Part shown: positions 53,286 to 64,000 of the stretch, one piece after another
Layout of the letters: each line of letters opens with the position of its first letter
Position numbering within the stretch: position 1 is the first letter of the stretch
NCBI GenBank assembly: GCA_951406725.2
Contig: OX597814.1
Span: 124,248,001-124,312,000, forward strand
Source: Octopus vulgaris
Taxonomy: Eukaryota
Reading direction: 5' to 3'
DNA: 64,000 nt
Notes under the pieces: model-generated
Told to the model about the DNA's origin: nothing
Seen by the model: only the letters and a program-made list of their open reading frames with translations
Databases searched by the model: none
Translations under genes and position numbers: made by a program

Positions 53286-53399
53286 AACTTGGAAAAGGAT
53301 GCGTGGCATTCGATCATATAATAATATAAATAATATATAAATATATGCATATATACATACATATATGTACATACCTACATCTATATGTATGTATACACA

Positions 53400-55240
53400 T
53401 GCATATATGGGTACAGGTCATAAAAAAAAAACGTTGAACACAATGAGAAACGAAAACATAAAATCAAAAACATGGAAACGAACTTTTTTTCAAACAACGA
53501 AAAAACAGATTACAAGACACAACACAAGGAATATTTCCCTTCTTCAGTTGTCCCTGTTTCGTCTACTCCGCGTTTTCGAAGGTAAGGACAAGACGCTCCT
53601 TCCTTGACACAGTCCTTTAATAAATATGTGACATATTAACGTTGTGATTTTGTTTTTCTTAGCTTTAGAAAAAAAGAACCTGGTGTTGTTCACTCTGGTA
53701 TTGAAATGGTCTCCTGTTGCATCAACATATACTTGTGCCGTTCCGTCGAGATCCTTCGATAGCAGCTCAGCCTCATACACAACCTCTGTGTTACAGTGCT
53801 CGTTTATTGTGTATGTGGTATTATGTCCACAGGAACAGCTTGCTAAAAGAAGTCCTGAGAGTGTGCCTATTGGAAAACCTACCTACACAAATCTTAGCAT
53901 TAAGAGGAAATGCAATGCAGATCAAACAACTTGATAGCACATATAACCAACCACGTCCTCGAAACTGCTGGTAACTAGAGCCGCGTTGTATTATGGGGTC
54001 GCTGCGTCGAAAATTTCCTTACTGGGGGATACGCAGGAAACTACTTTGCTAATGTCTTTCGTGTTGTTTATGAAAACTATGGCTGATGGCAGGAAGCGGT
54101 GTTAATATGTCAGCTTCACATTCTGTCCAGAAGAGTTTCTATGAATTTGTGCCGAGGTTCAATGTCACATCGAGGAAAGTAATTTTGGCTCGAAGGAATT
54201 AAAAACATGGCTTAGGCCTTTCGTGAGCTTATCTAGAGTGTTGCTGTATACATGGTCTTCATATAGCCCTTAGCCTATTGGGGACATTTCCTACCAAGAG
54301 TATTAAAATTACAAGGTCATCGCACTGTTAAAAGCAGTCGCTACCATATTGAAAAATAAAAACCTTCCATATATGTTCGTTTGTTTCAAATTGAAAGCAT
54401 ATCGAACAAGAGGGTATTCTTGATATCTCTTATGATAATCTCTCTCTATATAAACGGCAGTTTGTCTGTGCGTGTTTCTGTGTGTCTGTTTGCTTGTACC
54501 CTCACCCTGACCACGGCTTTCAACCGATTCTGATGAAACTTGACACACACATAGCCCAATGTCATAATTCAAAACTAACGCAGCGAAAATTTTGAAAAGT
54601 TCCCCCAGTTCTGAAAAAAATCGATAAATTCGACATGGGGTCGAGAATCAGAAACACAAACCGCAAATTGTCTAGGGGACGCAACTCCACCTTTTTAAAC
54701 TAAAAAAATAATTTACCATCGTTTTTTTCCATTTTTTTGCTATCTTTTGGCTATAACTCTCTAAAAATGCTTTATAGTTATTTCCCTTACAAACCTGAGC
54801 AACGCCGGACGATACTGCTAGTGTATGATAAAAGCTATACTGACATCGTTAATGTCAGTATAGCTTTTAGTAAAGCTAACTTTGCCCTGTATAAAAAGTA
54901 CTTCGATGTAGATGAATAAAGCTCAACAATAATATCACATTGGGAGAATCTTGCTCTGCCCCTGCCAACATTGTGTTTAAACTATGAAATGATCTTATTT
55001 ATATTGCTCCATAGGGAGAGGCCAAAAGCCTTTCTCATGTCATTGCTTATCTTTCTGAACTGCTATTTGCTCCTTAACCTAATTTCTGACTTCGCATTTG
55101 GCATCGGAGACAAAGATAAGTATATAGCCTTTAATTATTATAAACGCATTCTTCGATAAAGTCTACGCTGCTTTCAATGCCTAATGCAATACCTATCTGT
55201 TTGGCCTCATGGCTTATGCTATCATTGGCCTTAGGAACAG
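53400..55240 (-). mobile_element. Highly decayed Penelope-like element of a different clade (YRDD-type, Naiad-like): RT, GIY-YIG and 3' region
   Basis: Collinear motifs on the minus strand: PNAKSEI..LSLWSN..FSQCDI.VELYSS; KNTLLFD; GLYEDH (cf. GLYRDD); ITFLDVTLNL; EIFDAATP*YNAAL; CNTEVVYEAEL..VYVDATGDHFNTRVNN. Clade name is an inference. Confidence 0.78.
54439..54821 (+). mobile_element. Non-autonomous Helitron nested in the PLE
   Basis: A|TC 5' end, subterminal hairpin cctgagcaacgccgg, CTAG|T 3' end, no TSD. Confidence 0.85.
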
Positions 55241-55684
55241 TCATGTAATTCTGAGTGATTGTGTATTTTTTGTTGTCTATTCCACAGAAATTCTTAGTCT
55301 CGTCTGCAAAGTCCTTTTATAATCTCACGTACGTCTACATTAAATTTATATTGTAGGCAAGAAGACTTATGAAATCTCAGCTTGGACAGGGTCTGTCACT
55401 TTTTAAAATCGATGGAATCAGTTGGATAAGTCAATTGACAGAACCGTAATATATTGGTTTGAAATGTTGGTCAAAGCTCAGCAGTTTCGGGGTGGTGGTA
55501 AGTCGATTACATCGACCTCAGTGTTTAACTGGTACTTATTTTATCGACCCCGAAATGATATAAGATAAAGTCGACCTCGGCGGAACCTGAACTCAGAACA
55601 TAAAGAAGCACGAAATGCCATTCAGCATTTTGCCCACCTTGCAAACGATTCACTGCTTTTATAAGAAACGTAATATATTCTCTT

Positions 55685-56090
55685 TACTCTTTACTCTTTT
55701 ACTCTTTTACTTGTTTCGGTCATTTGACTGCATCCATGCTGGAGCACCGCCTTTAGTCGAGCAAATCGACACCAGGACTTTATTCTTTGTAAGCCTAGTA
55801 CTTATTCTATCGGTCTCTATTGCCGAATAGTTATGTTACGGGGATGTAAACACACCAGCATCGGTTGTCAAGCGATGTTGGGGTGGGGGACAAACACAGA
55901 CACACAAACATATACACACACACATATATATATACTTATGTACGACGGGCTTCTTTCAGTTTCCGGCTACCAAATCCACTCACAAGGCTTTGGTCGGCCC
56001 GAGGCTATAGTAGAAGAGACACTTGCCCAAGTGGGACTGAACCTGAAACCATATGGTTGGTAAACAAGCTACTTACCACACAGCCACTTC
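55685..56090 (-). mobile_element. Group A SINE (CpG-retaining copy)
   Basis: Family motifs with CpGs intact. Confidence 0.9.
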
Positions 56091-57344
56091 TATATACGAT
56101 AGGTATCTTTCAGTTTCCGTCCGCCAATATCCATTCGCAATGCTTTCATCAGCCCAGGGTTATAGCAGGAGTCACTTACCACGGTGCCGTGCAGTGGGAC
56201 TGAACACTTATTCCATATGTGGTCACTGAGCATGCTAAAAGTAATAACCAGAAAGCCATAAAATCACTGCCCACCCTGAAAGAAACAACACGGGATACAT
56301 TGACTAATGAAGTCCCAGATGCAATATATTTGCTAAAACGAGACGGTCACGGCTGGAATATCTTTAATCACAAGGCTGATCTGGAGTTAAATAACCAGTT
56401 TGTTTTCATATCTTCTTTTATTTTCTCCTTTTTCTTTTAGTTCATTTTTATTACCCCAGCAAAAGAAAAACAAGAAAAGGAAGAAGCAACCATGCATTGA
56501 AATAAACCTGCTTATAGCATTAATGTCTTTCCGATTTCTTAAGATGGTTAGAAAACTCATAGATTTTTCCCTGGTTTTACTACTTTTTATGTTACAAGAA
56601 AGACACACGAAACGAAACTGCTCGTGATCTTAAATCTCACCACATCGTAATCCTCTACTTGCTTTTCCATGTAACAACCAAAGCAATCATATTGACAGAA
56701 CTGTTGTCTGTCAAAGGAAGCAAACTACTTGTGTATGGAGATTAATGCTTTCAGTTTATCTCTGAATGTTTTGACATTAAAGATTCACTTGATCTAATGC
56801 GTTATTCTCTCAATTACGTAGACAGTTGCACCATATATCGGTACGGTCTGTTATTTCATGACTTGCACATATTGATGCGATACTATATCCTTAACTTGAT
56901 TTCTTATTGTTTTACACTTTCTTTCAAGACAATATTCTATTTATTCCTTATTCGATTTTTCTGTAGGAAAACGGAATTGAATTTAATGCAAAATGTAAAT
57001 TTAGTTGTAGATGAAACAGAAGTTCAAAAGTTGAGGCTTCTACTGCAAATCCAAAAATTTGAGTTTCAAACGTTTGTATAAATAAATCTGAAAGGATTCT
57101 GAGAGAAGAAAAGAACTTGTACTCAAATTTGAAAACTGGAAGAATACTACCTTATCACAGCAACATGTTATCAGCATGTGATTCACATTGTTATAGTTAT
57201 CATTATGAAGCACACGTTGTAAGTATATAGAGCGTGGTATGGCTCCAGTCTCTATATTGTATATATTCTCATTATTTCGTCGTCTTATGTTCCCTTTCTA
57301 AGCTGGCATAAGTTGGACGGTTCGACACTATCCGAGGACAGCGT

Positions 57345-57760
57345 TCTTATTTCTTTATTGCCCACAAGGGGCTAAACACAGAGGGGACAAACAAGGACAG
57401 ACAAAGGGATTAAATCGATTGCATCGACCCCAGTGCGTAACTAGTACTTAATTTATCGTCCCCGAAAGGATGAAAGGCAAAATCAACCTTGGCGGAATTT
57501 GAACTCAGAATGTAACAGCAGACGAAATACTTATTTCTTTACTACCCACAAGGGGCTAAACACAGAAGGGACAAACAAGGACAAACAAACGGATTAAGTC
57601 GATTATATCTACCCCAGTGCGTAACTGGTACTTATTTAATCGACCCCGAAAGGATGAAAGGCAAAGTCGATCTCGGCGGAATTTGAACTGAGAACGTAGC
57701 GTCAGGCGAAATACTGCTAAGCATTTCGCCCGGCGTGCTAACGTTTCTGCCAGCTCGCCG
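57345..57760 (-). mobile_element. Dimeric group B SINE inserted in an RTE-like tail
   Basis: gaggacagcgttct is duplicated on both flanks; duplicated 3' half. Confidence 0.88.
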
Positions 57761-58106
57761 CAGAGGACAGCGTTCTGCTCCGCTATTTCAGCTTTGGTAT
57801 GGTTTCTACGGCTGGATGTCATTCTTAACAAGAACGACGTTACAGAGCGTACTATCCCCCATGTCTAAAAGGAGAGAAAAGTGTTGGTTTTAGGCAAGGC
57901 GATGGGAGAGGATAAGATGTGATGAAAGGAACAGATTTATTGAAGTGGCAAGGTGCTCTTGATTGAGAGACTAGCAGAGTAGGCTGTTGGTTGATATGGA
58001 AAGGACAGAGGAAAGAAGGATTTAGTGTCAAGGGATAGTGAGAATGAGAGAAAGGGAGTAGTAAGGACAATGGGATGGGTTGAGTGTATGTAAATATGGA
58101 TGGATG

Positions 58107-58160
<54 letters not shown>

Positions 58161-58489
58161 TGTGTGTGTGTAGCAGAAATATTTGGCACCAACTTATTGC
58201 TTAAGAATTGGACTCGAATTACTGTGAAGATATGACAAAGATTTTGTTAAAGACTGATTACGTCAACAAAGAACTGGCCACTCGAACCTCAAGTAGAAGT
58301 AGGATGTCATTTACATTTTGCTTTGGGCGCCCCTTTCCCTTGATAGAAACATTATCTATTTAAAGTGCATTTATTCACCAATACGTCAGCAAGAAAAACA
58401 TCGCTGCAAGGATTTACGACTCTCAACATCATGAAATGCCACGATAATGATGACGATGGTAGTGGCAATGACACAGTCTAAACCAGGTT

Positions 58490-59100
58490 AGATACTCGAA
58501 TTCATATCAATGACTGCTACTATCATTGTTGATACAACATCTCATGCAAATTGTCGAACTGTTTAAATTGGTGTTACCACGAGTGTGTTTGGCGTCTCTT
58601 TAAATGCCGCTATGGTAACTGTTGAACAAGTGAATGAAAATGTACTTTTTGGATTGCGTGAAGAAATAACTGCCAACATTCGCGAGCAATTAGCAGAAGG
58701 TTGCCATCAGTTTAACGAAGATATATTTTGGCTGAGTTGAGAGATCGAAGAACAAGAATTCGTATGTGGTTCCAAATGCAAAATAGTTATTATTGCTAAT
58801 AAGACAATATACTTCCGTAATGGTCAGTGACAGAAAAGCCAATTTGTATATAGAGTCTAACTTGTGTTGGTCTCTTACAAATACTAACAACAATAATTAC
58901 ATACTGGCAGAGGTGTAAAAACCACACCGCGTCAAAAGAAGTTACTTCTGAGACATAGTGTGAATGGTAAGTTCGTATCGTCCAAGAACTTGGAGATGTC
59001 TTCGAAAATGTTCCTAGTAAGAGTGGAGATGCATTTTGCTCAACCACCTTCCAACACTCTGCCATGATAAGAGGTGAGACGTGTGAATGAGACGGCCGCT
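58490..59100 (+). mobile_element. Possible very old mariner transposase relic
   Basis: Faint collinear similarity by eye (ECVWRLFKCRYGN; LREE..IREQLAE; KKLLLRH; FAQPP); many stops and frameshifts. Confidence 0.3.
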
Positions 59101-59277
59101 TTCAACGCTCGGCAAAGTGTTTAGACGCCCAAATTGGCTTTTCTGTCACTGACCATTACGGAAGTATATTGTCTTATTAGCAATAATAACTATTTTGCAT
59201 TTGGAACCACATACGAATTCTTGTTCTTCGATCTCTCAACTCAGCCAAAATATATCTTCGTTAAACTGATGACAACC
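58699..59277. repeat. 148-bp near-perfect inverted repeat with a 283-bp spacer
   Basis: 58699-58846 versus 59130-59277; I see one mismatch. Confidence 0.93.
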
Positions 59278-59692
59278 AAGTCAAAATCTTATCGCTACAT
59301 ATGAACACATAAGAAGTAACAGCACGAAGCAGTACTGCAAAGTAATCAAACCTTACTTTATTTCAAATATGTTTAGGATATAGAACTTCTAAAGGCAATC
59401 TAAATGCAGTTTACCGTGGTCTAAAAATCACCGCTTTAGTAAATGGCTTAAGAACGCTATTATCAACTCGAAGCGCCCTGTGTAGATCATTAGATGCAGG
59501 CATTTATATGTATCTGCACATTAATTATTAGCGACGGAAACAGTGTTGATATAAAAGGTAATCTTTATATCTAACTTAATACGGATGCCTTGACACCGAA
59601 TACTGAGTTATTAACCTTCAGAAATCCTCTCATAGAGCTGCATGGTCATTAAAAGCACGCATATAGATCGTAGCAGACAAGAATCGTCTGTG

Positions 59693-60040
<348 letters not shown>

Positions 60041-61892
60041 ATGCTGAACCACCTCCCGAAGACTGTAAAGGACGGAACACTACTGGTATCTTTCGATGTG
60101 GTGAATCTATACAATAATATCCCACACGACTATGCTATAGAAGCAATTACATTTTGGCTAGAAAAATACCCAGAAGAGATCCCAGGACGAATTAACCACA
60201 ATTTTATAATTGAAGCACTGAAATTCGTCCTGTTGAACAATCATCTCTTGTTCGATACTACTTACTATCGATAGAAATGCGGAATTGCAATGGGGACCAG
60301 AGCTGCTCCAGTGATTGCAAACCTCGTAATGGGTTACAACGAACTTAAGTTATACCAATCATCACTAGAAAAATATGGCGCCTCTTTTAATTGCTACTTA
60401 AAGGAGAACTGGAAGAGATATTTAGATGATTGCTTCATACTTTGGAAAGACAGCATGGATCAACTCCTTGACTTCAAAAGAATGCTCAACAACATACACA
60501 GCAATATACAATTCACTATGGAACACAACAGTAAGCAACTCCCTTTTCTAGACATCTTAATTAGAATAGTTAACAGCCACATAGAAACAGTCATCTTTTA
60601 TAAACCGACAGATTCTAAACAATACCTATTATTTAACTCCTGCCACTCCAAACTCATAAAAATCAACATACCCTTTAACCTAACAAAAAGAATCTGCACC
60701 ATAGTTTCCGATACATACACTCGAGAACATAGACTCCTTGAACTTAGATCTACACTAACTAAAAGACATTACCCAATCTCATTAGTAAATGAAGGCATCA
60801 AAAGAGCTAAGGAAATAGATATACAAAGGTTAAGGAAAACTAGCCGAAATACTAAACAAGACTTAAAAATACTCCCGTACATTTCCACACATAACCCCAG
60901 AAACAACGAAGCCTTCAACATCATCACCCAAAACCTTTCCATCCTCACAGCAGACAAAACAATGAACGGAAATTTTAAGCTCATATAAAATTATAAAAAG
61001 CAAAAAGCAACCGAAGTCACTGAAAAAAATATTAACCAGCGCTAGACTGTATCCACCAACAACAGAGCCAAAAGTGACAAAATGTGGTCGTTCTAACTGT
61101 GGAACATGCCCCCACCTTCTGGAGGGTTCAGAATTCCATTTCAAACAAGGAGAAATATTTAAGATCAAATCAAATTTCACCTGCGCCTCAGTAAATGTAA
61201 TCTATATCATGACATGCATAGGATGCGGTAAACTCTATATTGGACAAACAAGAATTTCGCTCCGTCAAAGAATCACCATTCACAAAGAGCAAATCCGTCA
61301 TCCACAATACAGACAGTTAAAGGTGAGTGCACACATAGAAAGATGTGCCAGGAATCTTAATCCCAATTTCCAAATATTTCCCTTTTACCAATGTTCACAG
61401 AACACCACAATGCAACAAAGGTTGAATAAAGAGGCATTTTTCATCAATAAATTTCTCCCCCAACTAAACATGAACACACAACTCAATACAGAACACCACT
61501 AACTCTTCAATTAAAACCACTAACCCCTATACACTTCCTACACCACTCACATCTCTAAATCCAGAACTACTTACCTCCCTTACAAATAATCTTTTTTCTC
61601 AGGAACTATTAGACCTGACACCGTGTATCAACCGGTGTTGTTCAAACGATGAATAGATTCGCGTAAATCATGGTCCGTTTTGTTCTCTTACTTTATTATC
61701 ATCTTATAATCATTTCATAATAATGACTTTTATGACTCGCATTACTACCTCAGTCAATCTAAATGTATATATTTGTCGTTACCTGTCATAAATAGCCTTT
61801 TTTTTATTTGTAATGTGCAGTTTCGTTGATTTTTCATATTTTACCCTTACATTTCCAGGTGTATTTTATATTTTCTTTTCGTAACATATTTC

Positions 61893-61895
<3 letters not shown>
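60041..61895 (+). mobile_element. 5'-truncated Neptune-type Penelope-like retroelement (RT + Cys linker + GIY-YIG), inactivated
   Basis: [81 protein letters not shown] at 60272-60274 and one frameshift near 60975; coding ends at 61502; (AT)n on both sides. Confidence 0.95.
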
Positions 61896-61964
<69 letters not shown>

Positions 61965-62006
61965 ATATATAAAATCAAAATAAGCAACAAGGATATCCAG
62001 AGGTAA

Positions 62007-62093
62007 TGCAGTACGATCGTTTCATGCAACTCCATTTAATTGAACAATGCAATCATTACATCAATTCAAAATGTAGAGCAATCTTCAGCTGCA
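62007..62093 (-). ncRNA. Type-I hammerhead ribozyme, intact core, GUA site
   Basis: ugcag-CUGAAGA-uugc...gcau-GAAAC-gauc-GUA-cugca; perfect 5-bp stem I, palindromic GAUC loop III; in element 61965-62215. Confidence 0.85.
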
Positions 62094-62336
62094 CAAAGGC
62101 ATATAATTTAATTAAATTAGAACAGATGAACACATTAGTATATTTATACCTAAAATCGCCAAGAAGTTAGGGAGATAGACAAAGAACATACTGTTTCTAC
62201 TTCAGCATAAAAGTTGCTAAAATTATGAAGAAGACTCTGCCTGCCACTGATTTTTTGTTTTTATGGGGTCAGTTTTAATTTATAGACTAGTTTATCAAAT
62301 CCCTTGTATATCTAAGGCTGAGAGAACAGAGGGCAG

Positions 62337-62559
62337 TATGAAATACAGAAGGAAGTAAGAGAATGATAATAGAACTGAGATATGTAAAGATATTGTAGTT
62401 GCAGTTCCATTATTCAAGTAGAAGTGTGTATATATGTGGTACAGGAAACTTCTTCACCACTTATATACACCATTCTACTTGTATAATGGAACTGCAAATA
62501 CAATATACCTATGTATCTCACTTTTATTTTTATTCTTTTACTTCCCTCTATATTTCATA
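62337..62559. repeat. Long fold-back (arms of about 105 bp, 15-nt loop)
   Basis: ttgcagttccattattcaagtagaa / ttctacttgtataatggaactgcaa and flanking complementarity. Confidence 0.9.
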
Positions 62560-62600
62560 TCTTCTCCACAATAATTAATACTCAAACATTTTCTCGCACC

Positions 62601-62647
62601 GTCTCGAGGAAGGGATATATAAAATATCCTGGAAACAGCTGTAAGAC
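62601..62647 (+). ncRNA. Type-I hammerhead motif lacking one core nucleotide
   Basis: gucu-C(-)GAGGA-agggauau-auaaa-auauccug-GAAAC-agcu-GUA-agac. Confidence 0.65.
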
Positions 62648-62707
62648 TTTTTCTTGATAAATGTTATGAAAACTACTTACAGCCTTATATTTTTTATCCC
62701 ATTCTGT

Positions 62708-62769
<62 letters not shown>

Positions 62770-62770
<1 letters not shown>

Positions 62771-63286
62771 CATGCATATATGGGTACAAGGCGACACCAA
62801 GAGTGCAGATAGCATGAAATACGTAAACAACATGAAAAAATGGAAAATAGGACAAGTAAACACAGACCAAGAACCTTTCATCAGTTGTCGGCTGTCTATC
62901 TACTCTTCATTTCGAGTATGATTCTTCAAAGACAGTTGCTCCCATAAATTCTAAAATAAGGAATATGGAAGGTCAAAGAAGTGAACAAAAACATGACAGT
63001 GGAGACATACAAGGAAACCGAACGAAAACAAACATGGAGGGTCGTTAGACCAGAACGAGAGAAAAATATTGAACGCTGGGACAAACATAGTCGTTGATTA
63101 TTGAAAAGCTTGCAAGACGCAACGAAAATTTTAGGAAAAATAAATAAGTAAAGGAATGAAAATTTTACCGGAGAGTGTGTTAAATAATAAGGCACTAAAA
63201 GAGAATGACTCTCTACAGACACAACAAAATATGATCCAACACACGAACTCACATAAAGAATCTTGCAAACCAAATCCCAAAACAAA

Positions 63287-63287
<1 letters not shown>
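62770..63287 (-). mobile_element. Non-coding repeat related to the 3' region of the PLE at 53400-53600
   Basis: Shared catgcatatatgggtaca.gg and ttc(a/t)tcagttgtc..ctgt...tctactc segments; flanked by (AT)n. Confidence 0.55.
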
Positions 63288-63346
<59 letters not shown>

Positions 63347-64000
63347 ATATATATATATATTCACAAATACACTCACACATATGTATATGAAACATATTGT
63401 TTACTTTTTGGTAATGAATCTAATTCGTTTCCGACTCTCATTTGTCACAACAAAAGTTCGTTGCCACATCAATTAAATTATACGTATTGTGGAACAATTC
63501 ATTTCAAGACGTCAGCCTAAACTGAACGTATACACCCAATGCCCCCTCTGAAACATTAATAAACAAATAATCATTATTTGTTTATAATAAACGTCAATAA
63601 ACAAATAACCTATTAAAAAATAGTACAATAAGATAATAATTAACCCAAATAAATGAAGAGAAACAAAATAGAAATTAATAAATTAAAAAAAAATATCATT
63701 CACACCTGATTTGAAGTAGCTCTCTCTTATGAAGATATAAAAGCTGACGGACATTAAAATATAACATTATTGATGTTATTACATGATAAATAACATAAAT
63801 AATTTGTAAAACGAACGAATGATTAATTAAATTAGCAAAAATGTAAATTAAAAATTTAAAGTATTTAAAAAAATAAACTAACTATAGAAAAATTTCATAA
63901 TTTTACACCTGAGTTTGGCTGGGTTGTATTTGGAAGAACGGTAGAATAGCGGTAGAGGAGGAAATTATTGAAGAAGAGAAGAGATCTTTTAAGAGAACGC

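Noticed and set aside
53525-53580. CUGAAGA plus hairpin in the PLE 3' region (also near 62880)
   Set aside because: The hairpin is not followed by GAAA, so hammerhead topology cannot be completed.
60272-60274. Programmed read-through or selenocysteine in the PLE RT
   Set aside because: The stop is TAG at a position expected to be Gln (CAG), and a frameshift follows; simple decay.

Overview
AT-rich, microsatellite-saturated animal DNA; the SINE/LINE families are the ones I recognise from Octopus (cephalopod) genomes (species assignment is an inference). Almost all ORFs in the track are translations of simple repeats. The only host gene I can support is the 3' end of a + strand BAIAP3/Munc13-4-family gene: a C2B-domain exon at 5364-5580 and a terminal exon at 17934-18071, joined by a 12.4-kb GT-AG intron. 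The rest is nested transposon debris: three tRNA-derived SINE groups, many RTE-clade LINE fragments (one family carries a PHD-type finger inside its RT), CR1 and Dong/R4 fragments, mariner/hAT/piggyBac MITEs, a non-autonomous Helitron, and three Penelope-like elements (PLEs). The main signal not explained by the ORF track is about ten type-I hammerhead-ribozyme motifs from at least seven unrelated short non-coding elements, mostly sitting in (AT)n tracts. Three have intact catalytic cores, and one is a tRNA-promoter + microsatellite + tandem-hammerhead unit that looks like a Pol III SINE mobilised by PLEs. All folds and alignments were done by eye.
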